Shown here piece by piece: positions 1 through 8,938 of a DNA stretch of 42,005 nucleotides. The notes under the pieces were generated by a model. It was not told the DNA's origin. It did not search any database and was given only the letters and a program-made list of their open reading frames with translations. The translations under genes and the position numbers were made by a program. Source of the stretch: a virus; the IMG/VR virus record IMGVR_UViG_3300037088_000812, positions 64,001 through 106,005 of that record. One strand, given 5' to 3'. Positions within the stretch are counted from its first letter, which is position 1; the number at the start of each line of letters is the position of its first letter.

Positions 1-897
1 GGATTTCTAGGTAGTCATTTGTGTGAAGCTTTATTGTTTCAGGGAGAAGAAGTCCTTTGCCTAGATAATTTCTCCACAGGTCGAAAACGTAATATTGTTC
101 ACATGTTTGGGAATCAAAATTTTGAGGTCGTCAGACATGATGTGACTTTTCCTTACTATATTGAAATAGACAGAATATTTAATCTAGCATGTCCAGCTAG
201 TCCTGTTCAATATCAAATTGATCCTGTACAAACTACAAAGACATCTGTACACGGGGCAATAAATATGCTTGGGCTTGCAAAACGAACTAAAGCTCGAATT
301 CTACAAGCTTCCACAAGCGAAGTCTATGGAGATCCTGAAATTCATCCACAAACAGAAAAATATTGGGGTCGTGTAAATCCCATTGGAATTCGTTCTTGTT
401 ATGACGAAGGCAAGCGATGCGCCGAAACACTATTTTTTGACTACTGGAGACAAAACAAAGTTGAGATAAAGGTTGTTCGAATATTCAACACTTACGGGCC
501 AAGGATGTCGCCTAACGACGGTCGGGTAGTGAGTAATTTTATTATTCAAGCGTTAAAAAACGACGACATTACCATATATGGTGATGGATCCCAAACTAGG
601 TCATTCTGCTATGTGGACGACTTAATTAAAGTTATATTGTTAATGATGAACTCGCCGTCGAGCTTTATTGGACCAGTTAATATTGGCAACCCTAACGAAT
701 TTACAATGCTCGAATTAGCCCAATTGGTTATTAAATTAACTAGCTCTAATTCACGCATAGTATTTCAACCTTTACCTGAAGATGATCCGCACCAACGAAA
801 GCCGGATATTAAATTAGCTCGAGAGACACTAGGGTGGGAGCCAAAGATAGAATTAGAAGAGGGCTTATCCAAAACAATTAGATATTTCGAATCATGA
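1..897 (+). CDS. uxs: UDP-glucuronate decarboxylase / UDP-xylose synthase (SDR family), 5'-partial (continues left of window)
   Basis: In-frame from nt 1 (GFLGSHLCE = end of the Rossmann GxxGxxG region). Near-colinear matches to UXS1 blocks [17 protein letters not shown].VNPIGxR.CYDEGKR.AET, RIFNT(F/Y)[17 protein letters not shown] and G.GSQTR.F.YV.DL, and C-terminal QRKPDI..A...LGWEP...LEEGL. The catalytic YxxxK lies in the missing/early region. Confidence 0.85.
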   Translation, partial: GFLGSHLCEALLFQGEEVLCLDNFSTGRKRNIVHMFGNQNFEVVRHDVTFPYYIEIDRIFNLACPASPVQYQIDPVQTTKTSVHGAINMLGLAKRTKARILQASTSEVYGDPEIHPQTEKYWGRVNPIGIRSCYDEGKRCAETLFFDYWRQNKVEIKVVRIFNTYGPRMSPNDGRVVSNFIIQALKNDDITIYGDGSQTRSFCYVDDLIKVILLMMNSPSSFIGPVNIGNPNEFTMLELAQLVIKLTSSNSRIVFQPLPEDDPHQRKPDIKLARETLGWEPKIELEEGLSKTIRYFES

Positions 898-1157
898 AAA
901 CAAACAAGAAAAAGAAAATTATACAACGCGAAAGAGCAAGACTAAAAAGAGATAAACCAATAGTAGTCAAAAATTTGCTCAAAGATCACATTTGCAAAAA
1001 TTGTCACTGGTCTCATTCAGGTTCTTATTTCTTGGCTTGTTGTACTAATCCTGTGAGAGTTCAACGAAAAAAGAATTACCCGCCATATTTAAAAAGCGTT
1101 GATTTTCCAAAAGATCTATCGTGTCGGCATTGGCAAAAATGGGATAGATATGCATAA
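894..1157 (+). CDS. Small Cys4 (zinc-ribbon-like) protein, paralog family member 1 ([12 protein letters not shown]...CRHWQKW)
   Basis: ATGA start/stop overlap with uxs. Shares the LLKDxxCxNC ... CxxW motif with six other ORFs in the window. Confidence 0.5.
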   Translation: MKTNKKKKIIQRERARLKRDKPIVVKNLLKDHICKNCHWSHSGSYFLACCTNPVRVQRKKNYPPYLKSVDFPKDLSCRHWQKWDRYA

Positions 1158-1186
1158 TTTAGTTAAAATGAAAGTAGGAATTAAAA

Positions 1187-1807
1187 GTGAATATATTAGA
1201 CTTCAAGGCAGACGAACTTAAGGGCCCGTTGTTAGATAAAGTTTTCACTGTAGTCGAAAGGATGTTCCTTGACAAATACAAGAGTTATCAACCTACAGTA
1301 AAAGATCTTCCAATTCCTTTAGACATTGACACGTTCGAAGGGCAAGTTGCAATGAAAGACTATCTAGAAATTCGTGTCATAGAAGAGCTAATGGAAATGA
1401 AAGAGGCCATAGAAAATAAAGATTTAATAGAACACGTCTACGAAGAAATTAGTGATTCATTTGCTTTCCTTGTCAACGCCTTTATACTTTATGGATGGAA
1501 GGCAAATAAGTTCCTTCCAGTAGAGAGACTTTGGCAAGATCTTAATGGCCGGCCCAAAATAGATAACGACAAAGCTATATTACAAGTAGTCTATGACATT
1601 TGTCTGGCATGTAATAAACTAAAAATACGGCCTTGGAAGAAGTCGCAATATTTAACTGACCTTTTGATCTTTGAAGAACGATTAGAAAAAGTATACTACT
1701 CCTATATGGAGCTAGTTTTTAATATGAATATCCATCCTGAAATGTTATGGGATATTTTTCATAGAAAAGTTTTATGTAATGATTTTAGGATTGAAACGGG
1801 GTACTGA
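1187..1807 (+). CDS. MazG-like all-alpha NTP pyrophosphohydrolase (candidate dCTPase/dUTPase, T4 gp56-like role)
   Basis: GTG start. Motifs EELMEMKEAIENKD and EEISDSFAFLVNAFILYGW resemble the MazG/dimeric-dUTPase EExxEL...EELGDVLfyL signature. Confidence 0.5.
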   Translation: MNILDFKADELKGPLLDKVFTVVERMFLDKYKSYQPTVKDLPIPLDIDTFEGQVAMKDYLEIRVIEELMEMKEAIENKDLIEHVYEEISDSFAFLVNAFILYGWKANKFLPVERLWQDLNGRPKIDNDKAILQVVYDICLACNKLKIRPWKKSQYLTDLLIFEERLEKVYYSYMELVFNMNIHPEMLWDIFHRKVLCNDFRIETGY

Positions 1808-2067
1808 TGAATATGGCGAAGGAACCAGAGATTGAAATAGTAGAAAATAAAACACATGAAGTCAAATTGACATTCTATGAGGGAAACTCTTCGAATATAA
1901 GAAGACGTTTATTGTATAGATTTTGGCCTACAGACGAAGACGGAAATTGGTCAATGGTTATACTAGACAGCTCTCTAAATGATGAGGCTGGACCGGCTCT
2001 ATATCTTCCAAAAGAAGTCATTGATATTTTATTGAGGCAAAAGGTGAAAGGAGATCTAAAGAGATGA
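1807..2067 (+). CDS. hypothetical protein
   Basis: ORF coupled by ATGA overlap to the upstream gene; in the same-strand gene train. Confidence 0.45.
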   Translation: MNMAKEPEIEIVENKTHEVKLTFYEGNSSNIRRRLLYRFWPTDEDGNWSMVILDSSLNDEAGPALYLPKEVIDILLRQKVKGDLKR

Positions 2068-2468
2068 GGGCAATTTTTCAGATCATAGTTTTCGTAGTAT
2101 GTGCGGGCGCTTTATTTGGGGTCGGTTACTTTTGGGGATCTGGCGATACGGATAAGACACTATTGAAGCAGGTCACCGAAGTAGTTAATAGTAAGTCGCC
2201 TATTAAATTACCGATTCCAACTACAACTATAATTTCAACAGATGAAAACACTGTAGATCTAATCAAGACCTTAGAGTCTATGAAAGGATTAGATTCCTGG
2301 TCATTAACTCAGGATCATTATTTTTGGAGCTTTAGCGATAAGAAGTGGAATCCAAACCTTAGAAGTTTACGCATTGAGTTTAAGGGCGGCGAAAGCTACA
2401 CCTTTAACAATAAGACTCCAAACGAGCTAATGTCTCTAGTTGGAGTAATTAGATCTCAACATGAGTGA
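2064..2468 (+). CDS. hypothetical membrane-anchored protein (N-terminal TM helix IFQIIVFVVCAGALFGVGYFWG)
   Basis: ATGA overlap with previous ORF; single N-terminal hydrophobic helix. Confidence 0.5.
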   Translation: MRAIFQIIVFVVCAGALFGVGYFWGSGDTDKTLLKQVTEVVNSKSPIKLPIPTTTIISTDENTVDLIKTLESMKGLDSWSLTQDHYFWSFSDKKWNPNLRSLRIEFKGGESYTFNNKTPNELMSLVGVIRSQHE

Positions 2469-2570
2469 AATTCTCATTTCAGTTTTGGGGCATAATCACA
2501 CAAAATTAGATATCGGTTTATGAATCTAATTCTAAGTGTATATAATATAAGAAAATACAAATAATAGAAC

Positions 2571-2600
2571 TTGGCATATTTATTGCATCTCTATTAGTAT
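2571..2600 (+). promoter_or_regulatory. Candidate sigma70-type promoter for the Hsp20 gene (TTGGCA - 17/18 nt - TAGTAT)
   Basis: TTGGCA at 2571-2576 and a TAGTAT-like -10 at about 2595-2600, roughly 20 nt upstream of the AAGGAGG RBS. A TATATAAT box at 2539-2546 is an alternative -10. Confidence 0.3.
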
Positions 2601-2620
2601 CTAATCTCAAGGAGGAATAC

Positions 2621-3016
2621 ATGAGATACAATTTCGATCTTTTCGATCCAGACGTTTTCAACTACGCATTTGGAAAGTTTTTTGACAACGGTTTGTTCAA
2701 CCGTATATTTGACCTTGACGAAGATATACCTCTTCGAGGTCTTATGAAGCAAACTGATACCGGTTATGCTGTAAAAGTTGAAGTGCCTGGATTCGACAAA
2801 GAAAACATCAAGGTTACTTACAACAGGCCATATCTAATGGTGAACGCCGAACAGACAGATGGCGAAGTAGTCAGGAAGTATTCCTATAAGACTTTCCTAC
2901 CAAACATCGACGTCAACGCAATCGACTCAAGCCTGAAAAACGGTGTCCTTACTTTAGCTTTGCCCAAGAAAGCCGAAGATCAACCCAAGCCAATTGACAT
3001 TAAAGTGAACGAATAA
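2621..3016 (+). CDS. Hsp20/alpha-crystallin family small heat-shock protein
   Basis: AAGGAGG RBS at 2609-2615. Alpha-crystallin domain pattern DTGYAVKVEVPGFDKENIKV ... GVLTLALPK. Confidence 0.8.
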   Translation: MRYNFDLFDPDVFNYAFGKFFDNGLFNRIFDLDEDIPLRGLMKQTDTGYAVKVEVPGFDKENIKVTYNRPYLMVNAEQTDGEVVRKYSYKTFLPNIDVNAIDSSLKNGVLTLALPKKAEDQPKPIDIKVNE

Positions 3017-3026
3017 CAAACTTTTA

Positions 3027-3051
3027 GGGCCGCCGCAATGCGGCCCTTTTT
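3027..3051 (+). terminator. Rho-independent terminator (GGGCCGC-cgcaat-GCGGCCC + TTTTT)
   Basis: Perfect 7-bp GC stem, 6-nt loop, then T5, directly after the Hsp20 stop. Confidence 0.7.
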
Positions 3052-3070
3052 GTGTGAGCATAATTCTAAT

Positions 3071-3256
3071 ATGGACAAGATCATAACCAAGAACTTGTTG
3101 AAGGACCATACATGTCAAAATTGTGAACTCTTCTATTCAATTGGAAGTTGTCCAAATTCAAGTCTAATAAAAAGACAAAGAGATTTTGATTCAGTAATGT
3201 TTTCTTGCGAACAATGGCATGAAGATAGAGGTGATGGACTGAGTTGGTTATTTTAA
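3071..3256 (+). CDS. Small Cys4 protein, paralog family member 2 (KNLLKDHTCQNC...CEQWHE)
   Basis: Track ORF 3038-3256, but its first ATG lies inside the terminator stem. Start more likely ATG 3071 (MDKIITKNLLKDH). Confidence 0.5.
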   Translation: MDKIITKNLLKDHTCQNCELFYSIGSCPNSSLIKRQRDFDSVMFSCEQWHEDRGDGLSWLF

Positions 3257-3430
3257 GTGGACAAAGAAATAACGCTTAACATACTGAAAAACAAATTTTG
3301 TGAAAATTGCTACCACGCAGTTCCTAAACCACTACCATCGAAATGGTTTGTCTGTTCAGTAGACATGACATATATGGGCATTACAAAAACAACAGAAGAA
3401 GAAACTTGTCTAAGATGGAAAAAGAAATAA
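3257..3430 (+). CDS. Small Cys4 protein, paralog family member 3 (GTG start; LNILKNKFCENC...CLRWKKK)
   Basis: Not in the ATG-based track. Same frame as member 2 and begins immediately after its TAA stop. Translates to VDKEITLNILKNKFCENCYH...CLRWKKK*. Confidence 0.4.
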   Translation: MDKEITLNILKNKFCENCYHAVPKPLPSKWFVCSVDMTYMGITKTTEEETCLRWKKK

Positions 3431-3627
3431 TGTTCAATAGAAAAAAGTATTCACAAAAAGCTTTAATTATCAATCTTCTTAAAAACAAAAACTGTAATAC
3501 TTGTGTTAATAGACGCGGGTCTGCATATTGCATAATAGATCCAAAAATACAATCGTGTATCAAGTGGGAAAGTTTAAAACTTTTCCTAATAAAACATCCA
3601 GAATATAAAAACAAAATTATAGCTTAA
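3430..3627 (+). CDS. Small Cys4 protein, paralog family member 4 (INLLKNKNCNTC...CIKWES)
   Basis: TAATG stop/start overlap with member 3. The track ORF 3343-3627 is longer, but its N-terminal part overlaps member 3 in another frame. Confidence 0.45.
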   Translation: MFNRKKYSQKALIINLLKNKNCNTCVNRRGSAYCIIDPKIQSCIKWESLKLFLIKHPEYKNKIIA

Positions 3628-3641
3628 TAGAGGTAATAAAA

Positions 3642-4205
3642 ATGTTCGTAATAGAAGGTGTCCGCTGTAGTGGGAAAAGCTTTACAGTAGATGTAATAAA
3701 AAGGAATTTCCCAAACGTGTGCGTATATAAAGATGTAGGATTGCGACTAGCTTCAGAGCGTCAATTAGATTTAGACGATTATGCTATTGGTAGAGATTTA
3801 ACTTACGCTCAAGCCTTGCCAGCATTAATGGATGACCACCTAACCGATACTGCCGTCTTCGATAGAATGTATTTTTCTTCTTATGTTTACGGAATAGCTT
3901 GGCGAAAAGGTGATAAACTGTTCTGGAAAGAACACATTGAATTAATAGAGAATATGTATGGCGACTTTCTTAAAAAAATCCACTTCATACTTTTAGACTT
4001 ACCCACCGATGCAGAACTAGATCGAATAAAGAAGATGCGTCGTCAAAAGGACAAGTGGGATAAGACGCTAGATTTCAAACGTCAGTATAGATTATATCTC
4101 GAAATCGTAAACAAAATCACTAAAGCTAAAGTGTCTTTTTTACCATCTTTTCAAAGCGAAGACTTTATAGTGAAGTTCTTTAAGGAAGTCTTTAGCCCTA
4201 GATAA
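3642..4205 (+). CDS. Deoxynucleoside monophosphate kinase, T4 gp1-like
   Basis: P-loop GVRCSGKS matches gp1 GVKRSGKD (GxxxxGK[ST] with Arg-Ser). An FDRMY motif is also shared with gp1. RBS AGAGG lies upstream. Confidence 0.7.
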   Translation: MFVIEGVRCSGKSFTVDVIKRNFPNVCVYKDVGLRLASERQLDLDDYAIGRDLTYAQALPALMDDHLTDTAVFDRMYFSSYVYGIAWRKGDKLFWKEHIELIENMYGDFLKKIHFILLDLPTDAELDRIKKMRRQKDKWDKTLDFKRQYRLYLEIVNKITKAKVSFLPSFQSEDFIVKFFKEVFSPR

Positions 4206-4211
4206 GATAAT
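4204..4211 (+). promoter_or_regulatory. AAGATAAT box (GATAAGATAATCTC) 3 nt upstream of ATG 4215
   Basis: Member of the recurrent start-proximal motif; no SD in between. Confidence 0.45.
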
Positions 4212-4214
4212 CTC

Positions 4215-4568
4215 ATGGGTTTATTCGGATTCAAGCCTTATGGCTTTACAGCTCCATATAAGCAGCATGAAGGTAAGTTAGTAGTATCAGCTTATAATAG
4301 TAAAAACTTCAAAGACGCTCTTGGTGTAGACAAAGTATACTTAGTAAAATTTACAAATCAGAATAAAAATCAAGTTGCTTATTTGGGCGTCAAATTTACT
4401 GTAGAAGCCGCGAAACATGGTAATCCAGCAATATCTGAACAAGAAGTGAGAGATATGTGGTTTCCGAAATCTACGGCTACAGGCTCTAAATCTAAAAACT
4501 GGTACAAGCTTACAGTCTTAACTAGCGCTGATAAAAAAGAAATATTCAGAGCAATTTTCAACCAATAG
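4215..4568 (+). CDS. hypothetical protein
   Basis: ORF immediately after the AAGATAATCTC box. Spurious-looking minus shadow ORF 4379-4561. Confidence 0.5.
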   Translation: MGLFGFKPYGFTAPYKQHEGKLVVSAYNSKNFKDALGVDKVYLVKFTNQNKNQVAYLGVKFTVEAAKHGNPAISEQEVRDMWFPKSTATGSKSKNWYKLTVLTSADKKEIFRAIFNQ

Positions 4569-4603
4569 AATTTCTCATCTAAGCATTTATCCCCACTAAA
4601 CGA

Positions 4604-4611
4604 AAGATAAT
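4604..4611 (+). promoter_or_regulatory. AAGATAAT box (CGAAAGATAATCTC) about 33 nt upstream of ATG 4645, with TAAGGAG RBS between
   Basis: Same 14-mer context as at 31201-31218. Confidence 0.45.
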
Positions 4612-4644
4612 CTCATACTACTTGCGTAAGGAGAATGTTGTAAG

Positions 4645-5184
4645 ATGGAAACAAATGACTACATCAATATTTTAAATCATATGCAGATCGGTGAGGATAG
4701 ATCAGAAGGTGGCTATAAGGGCCTTGCTACTAGACTATCTAACGATCTTGGCAGAGATATATCACCAGGAGCCGTTAAAAGCTATTTAAAGAAAAAGGAA
4801 AAGACGGCTGCTGTCAGAGACATAAAGCATAGAGCAAAAAGGGCTCGAAGTGAAGGTGCTTATAAATATGGCTCCAGTGGAGCCGTCTATAAGATGCTTA
4901 TAGGCCACTTTGATGAAGGCATCGAGTATAATCTAGAAGACATCGAAAGAGCCGAACTAGAAGAAGCAGTTAAAGAAGTAAAAAGTAAACACCCTGGTCT
5001 TAAACACGTATCTGCTAAGACGAGGAGTGAAACTGTAAAGAAAGCCAAGAAAGGCGAAAAAATTGGTGAGGGTGGCTTTAAAGCAGTTGAAGCCAAAGCA
5101 GCTAAGAGGTACGGCAGCGAAAAGTCAGGCAAAAGAGTGGCTGCTGCAGCCATGTGGAAAATGAAAAAGCTTAGGGGAAAATAA
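4645..5184 (+). CDS. Lys-rich basic protein (possible nucleic-acid-binding/virion protein)
   Basis: TAAGGAG RBS. About 20% K/R with a K-rich C-terminus. Confidence 0.5.
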   Translation: METNDYINILNHMQIGEDRSEGGYKGLATRLSNDLGRDISPGAVKSYLKKKEKTAAVRDIKHRAKRARSEGAYKYGSSGAVYKMLIGHFDEGIEYNLEDIERAELEEAVKEVKSKHPGLKHVSAKTRSETVKKAKKGEKIGEGGFKAVEAKAAKRYGSEKSGKRVAAAAMWKMKKLRGK

Positions 5185-5269
5185 TCTCGGAATAAGCGAT
5201 AATATTCTAATATATAGTCGTACGCCGCTGTCATAAAAGCGGCATGACTCCATGGAGAGGTAGTAGGTT

Positions 5270-6061
5270 GTGAACAATAAAGAGAAAATAATTATAAGGC
5301 TTATGACGCTCTGGGCTATAATAATGGCAGGGGCCGTTAAGCTTTGGGATAGTATTGTTAAACTTTTTGAAAATAAAAAAACTACACCTGCAACTACCAC
5401 GACTCCCAAAGCAACATTAACTGGTACGGCAGTTACGACATCAGTTGCAATACCAACTCCAACTCCAACACCAATTCCGGCGCCGGCATCACCAGCCCCA
5501 GTATCTTCTACAACTGGTAATAAAGTAGCCAACGTTATAGAAAAAATACTCCAGCTGATTGAAAAACACTGGAAAACAGTTTTGATAATTTTTGGTATCA
5601 TCATCATATTAGGAGCTGTAAATGAAATTTTTAGTTGCAGTATTAATAATAATCTTAAGCACGACATCTCTAGTCTTCAGTCAACAAACGCAGCCCTTGC
5701 CGCAACCAACTCCAACCTCACAAACAGTAACGCCGGACTCTCAGCCGACAATGCAAAGCTTACTACAGACAATGCCAGCCTCAAGTCAAACAATAACGAT
5801 CTCAAGGCAAACATTGCAAAGCTGGATGAACAAATTAGACAAAGCGCTGAGCTTGTTAAAAGACTCCAAGGCGACTATAAGCAACTTGCAGAACAGCTTG
5901 CAAGAAGCGAAAGTGATAGAGCTGAACTTGAAAAACGAATTAACCAAAGCTCAGGATTCACTGACCAGCTCAGCAGCGACAATACAGACATTACAGGAAT
6001 TGTTAGCGACGTCAGGGACAGTATCGGCCGCGCTCTCAGCCAAGATCCAGGAACAAAGTAA
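5270..6061 (+). CDS. Membrane protein with two TM helices, a Pro/Thr linker and a C-terminal coiled coil
   Basis: GGAGAGG RBS before the GTG start. Overlaps the next gene's frame for 440 nt. Confidence 0.45.
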   Translation: MNNKEKIIIRLMTLWAIIMAGAVKLWDSIVKLFENKKTTPATTTTPKATLTGTAVTTSVAIPTPTPTPIPAPASPAPVSSTTGNKVANVIEKILQLIEKHWKTVLIIFGIIIILGAVNEIFSCSINNNLKHDISSLQSTNAALAATNSNLTNSNAGLSADNAKLTTDNASLKSNNNDLKANIAKLDEQIRQSAELVKRLQGDYKQLAEQLARSESDRAELEKRINQSSGFTDQLSSDNTDITGIVSDVRDSIGRALSQDPGTK

Positions 6062-6290
6062 TCTAATAGATAGTCAAGGAATTACTATAGCCGACCAAGG
6101 TAAGAAAATAACTGACCAAGGTAAAACCATAGCAGACCAGAAGGCTCTTATAGCCCAACAAGGTACTGATATAGCTAATGTAGCTAAAGACGTCAAATCC
6201 CTACAAAACGAAAACACTATTCTAACTATAGGCGTTATTACATTGGGCATTACTACTGTAGCCGGTGTAGTTTGGGCATTAGTAAAATGA
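5622..6290 (+). CDS. Secreted/membrane-anchored coiled-coil repeat protein (signal-peptide-like N-terminus, C-terminal TM anchor, ITIADQGK-type repeats)
   Basis: GGAG RBS 6 nt upstream. N-terminal MKFLVAVLIIILSTTSLVFS and C-terminal ILTIGVITLGITTVAGVVWALVK. Confidence 0.45.
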   Translation: MKFLVAVLIIILSTTSLVFSQQTQPLPQPTPTSQTVTPDSQPTMQSLLQTMPASSQTITISRQTLQSWMNKLDKALSLLKDSKATISNLQNSLQEAKVIELNLKNELTKAQDSLTSSAATIQTLQELLATSGTVSAALSAKIQEQSNLIDSQGITIADQGKKITDQGKTIADQKALIAQQGTDIANVAKDVKSLQNENTILTIGVITLGITTVAGVVWALVK

Positions 6291-6601
6291 CACTTAATGA
6301 AGCTTTCAATAGAAAGTTCGACATGCCACCACATATAGAGGCAATATTTAATAAGCTTCGTGATCCAAGTGAGAATGTCAAAGGTTCTGAAATGAAAGTG
6401 CTTCAACAGTGGCTGTTAGGTGCCCCTACTGAAACTAAAAAATATTTCAAAAAGACTTGGTCAGCCAAAAGAAAGAAAGACAAAGTTGGTGATGAAGATG
6501 CCGAACATGAACTACATCAGCAACTCCCTGAATATCCTAGCGCATGGTCTCATCACGATACTAAACCTAACAGATGGCAAACATTCGACACACCAGGGTA
6601 A
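6287..6601 (+). CDS. hypothetical protein
   Basis: ATGA overlap with the upstream gene. Track ORF starts at 6272, but ATG 6287 is the coupled start. Confidence 0.45.
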   Translation: MTLNEAFNRKFDMPPHIEAIFNKLRDPSENVKGSEMKVLQQWLLGAPTETKKYFKKTWSAKRKKDKVGDEDAEHELHQQLPEYPSAWSHHDTKPNRWQTFDTPG

Positions 6602-6604
6602 TTG

Positions 6605-6844
6605 ATGAAAGTTTATTTACATAAAGGTGATAGGTGGTATGAAGCTTTTTTACCCGTGTACGAAAAAAAGAGATTTATTATGGCCCTGCACTTTTCTCAA
6701 ACAGCACGGTTAGATGTTTGGGATGAAAGCTATATAACACGTTGGCCATTAGTTACTAATTTTAAACCCACACTTTTAGAAATGAGAAATTCATTCATTG
6801 AAATATTTACCAACTACATCAAATATAAGTCGTTAATTAAATAA
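6605..6844 (+). CDS. hypothetical protein
   Basis: ATG 4 nt after the preceding stop. Confidence 0.4.
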   Translation: MKVYLHKGDRWYEAFLPVYEKKRFIMALHFSQTARLDVWDESYITRWPLVTNFKPTLLEMRNSFIEIFTNYIKYKSLIK

Positions 6845-6846
6845 CT

Positions 6847-7152
6847 ATGAAAGCTTTTCGTCACGAAGTGCCTGATGACCAAATAGAAAAAGGTGAGTCT
6901 GCCATAAAAACAGTAATCCCTCTTGTCCGCGTTAAATCAGATAAACCAGGTTGGGTAACTTTGTGGATTGACAAGAAAAAACCCAATATCTTTTATTTTC
7001 AACCTGTATTAGATTTTTCTCATTGGGGTGATGAAATGAAAAAAACTTTTAATTATGAACCCTCTACTGAACAAAAACAATTCATAATAAGAGACTTATT
7101 CAAAGACAAATCACAGTTTCTGTTTCTTTACAACGACTTCTATAACATGTAA
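6847..7152 (+). CDS. hypothetical protein
   Basis: ORF in the gene train. Confidence 0.45.
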   Translation: MKAFRHEVPDDQIEKGESAIKTVIPLVRVKSDKPGWVTLWIDKKKPNIFYFQPVLDFSHWGDEMKKTFNYEPSTEQKQFIIRDLFKDKSQFLFLYNDFYNM

Positions 7153-7171
7153 TAACAGCATATTTTTATCT

Positions 7172-7627
7172 ATGAGAAAGCGAGAATGGCACTATTTGTT
7201 GCCGCCAGCTGCATTTGAGCTGCGCTGCAATATTTGTAGTGGCGGCCGCGTTTGGTGGTCTGAATACGAACATATGATTTTTTGCTTCGACTGTCAGCTA
7301 GATGTTGACGGCACTGAGTCACTATTTGATGGGCCCATTCTACTTAAAACCTCTTATCTTTTAGGTCTTAACTTTGACAGGTACAATTTAACGACAAATC
7401 AGATTGAAAGACTTAACTTAGAAAAAAGCGATGTAGATGGTATCAAAGAATTAATCTATGATGATCCAAAAGAAGTAGAAAGAAACAAAGTCCTTGCTAA
7501 AGAACGCACAATAGAATTGTTGAAGACTGGCGAAGAAATTCTAGATCCCTATGGCGAAGGACTTAATCGATACGGCAAGAAGTATTTTAAACTTGTGCCA
7601 GGGGAGAAAGAAGATGGACAAACATGA
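7172..7627 (+). CDS. hypothetical zinc-ribbon protein (CNICSGG...CFDCQ)
   Basis: CxxC...CxxC pair near the N-terminus. Confidence 0.45.
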   Translation: MRKREWHYLLPPAAFELRCNICSGGRVWWSEYEHMIFCFDCQLDVDGTESLFDGPILLKTSYLLGLNFDRYNLTTNQIERLNLEKSDVDGIKELIYDDPKEVERNKVLAKERTIELLKTGEEILDPYGEGLNRYGKKYFKLVPGEKEDGQT

Positions 7628-8048
7628 TGTTATATTTGAACTCAAAAGAAAGGCAGCAATTTCGTTGTACCCTGACTTTGACGGAACTGAAAGCGACTAT
7701 CAACCAATAGTCGATCTGTTCGGTGACGTCGTCCTTCAAGTACAAGACGAAGATTACCAGGGCGATACTTGGGTTCTTTATAAAAGAGGAGAAACACGCT
7801 ACGGCCGACTTGAGTTTGGATGGGGCTCATGTTCAGGATGCGATGCGCTCCAAGCCTGTGGCTCATTAGGTGAAATCGACCAGTTGATAAATGAACTGTA
7901 TAACAGCATAGAATGGTTTGATGACGCTTCCGTTGCATTAAAATATTTCAAAGAACATAATGCAGATGAAGATATCGGTGGCAACGACAAAGCATTTACT
8001 GAAAAGGCAATAGAGTTACTTGAGGCCGTAGTTGGAAAAAAAGCGTAG
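7614..8048 (+). CDS. hypothetical protein (GWGSCSGCDALQACG motif)
   Basis: GGGGAGAAAG RBS before ATG 7614. The track's 7551 start overlaps the upstream gene. Confidence 0.45.
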   Translation: MDKHDVIFELKRKAAISLYPDFDGTESDYQPIVDLFGDVVLQVQDEDYQGDTWVLYKRGETRYGRLEFGWGSCSGCDALQACGSLGEIDQLINELYNSIEWFDDASVALKYFKEHNADEDIGGNDKAFTEKAIELLEAVVGKKA

Positions 8049-8445
8049 AGTCATTGAATGGTTGCAAGCTGTGCCTGGGGGCGAGCGTGTAACTAAAGTC
8101 GACGAAAATCATATTGAGCTCAAAACTTGGTGGCCAGATAACAAATATCAATTTGACGAAGCTCCCCATCTCCGTGAAATGTCTATCAAGTGGGGCCCAA
8201 ACGGTGATAACGATCATTATCACACTCGCGACGGCGAATACAAAGAATGGTACGAAAGTGGAGAATTAAGAGTACACTCATATTACAAACAAGGTCGAAT
8301 ACACGGAGAATGTAAAATTTGGACTAAAGACGGAAAAATAGATAGTCATGTATTCTTCAACCGCGGAGAAGAATTAAATAGAATTTTCTTTAATGCTAAA
8401 CCCGGCTATATTTTAGTAGACGGTAAATATTACTCTGATGACTAA
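8032..8445 (+). CDS. MORN-repeat protein
   Basis: Repeated G.....W...G.L.....Y..G...G pattern (EYKEWYESGELRVHSYYKQGRIHGECKIWTKDGKI). Confidence 0.55.
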   Translation: MEKKRRVIEWLQAVPGGERVTKVDENHIELKTWWPDNKYQFDEAPHLREMSIKWGPNGDNDHYHTRDGEYKEWYESGELRVHSYYKQGRIHGECKIWTKDGKIDSHVFFNRGEELNRIFFNAKPGYILVDGKYYSDD

Positions 8446-8626
8446 AAAAGAAATTACTAAAAGACTACTCCAAGATAAAAGATGCAGAACCTGTAATTGG
8501 ATAGGCCCCGGGGCCAAAGAAGTGGCTGGAGTAGAAGCATGTTATGGGGCTAGATTTCTTGATATAGTTGCTTTGCCCAAAACCCTTACATGCGAAAAAT
8601 GGGAACGCCGTTTGGGCATAAATTAA
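8438..8626 (+). CDS. Small Cys4 protein, paralog family member 5 (KRLLQDKRCRTC...CEKWERR)
   Basis: ATGA overlap with previous gene; family motif. Confidence 0.5.
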   Translation: MTKKEITKRLLQDKRCRTCNWIGPGAKEVAGVEACYGARFLDIVALPKTLTCEKWERRLGIN

Positions 8627-8641
8627 AGTGAGAGGCATAGA

Positions 8642-8938
8642 ATGACTGATATAGAGCTATTGAAGATGGTCGTCGAGCGCATGCAAAAGCAGCGCGAGTA
8701 TGATGAGCTCTATATTGCCTTTTTAGCTAAGCTCATAGATGAAGAAGAATTTAATAAGCAGTGTCAAGAATTCGTGTGGACACCAAGATTAAACTTTAAC
8801 AGAGTAGAACTTAAAGACCAGGTTCGTAGATTAATACAGCTTACAGGGACCAGATATACTACTTCAGATTTAGCTGATATTTTTCAAGTCGGTTTTGAAG
8901 ATTTGGATGATATACGTGAAGAAATTTCTAAAGAGTAA
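8642..8938 (+). CDS. hypothetical acidic protein
   Basis: GAGAGG RBS before ATG. Confidence 0.45.
   Translation: MTDIELLKMVVERMQKQREYDELYIAFLAKLIDEEEFNKQCQEFVWTPRLNFNRVELKDQVRRLIQLTGTRYTTSDLADIFQVGFEDLDDIREEISKE

Noticed and set aside
5215-5250. Hairpin GCCGCT-gtcataaa-AGCGGC as a terminator after gene 4645-5184
   Set aside because: It is only a 6-bp stem and is not followed by a T-tract, so it is more likely incidental.
4379-6406. Minus-strand ORFs 4379-4561, 4887-5234, 5125-5667 and 6074-6406
   Set aside because: They are antisense to plus-strand genes with RBSs and protein-like composition. The products are low-complexity (Ser/Leu/Ala-rich), have no RBS, and run counter to the uniform plus-strand gene train.
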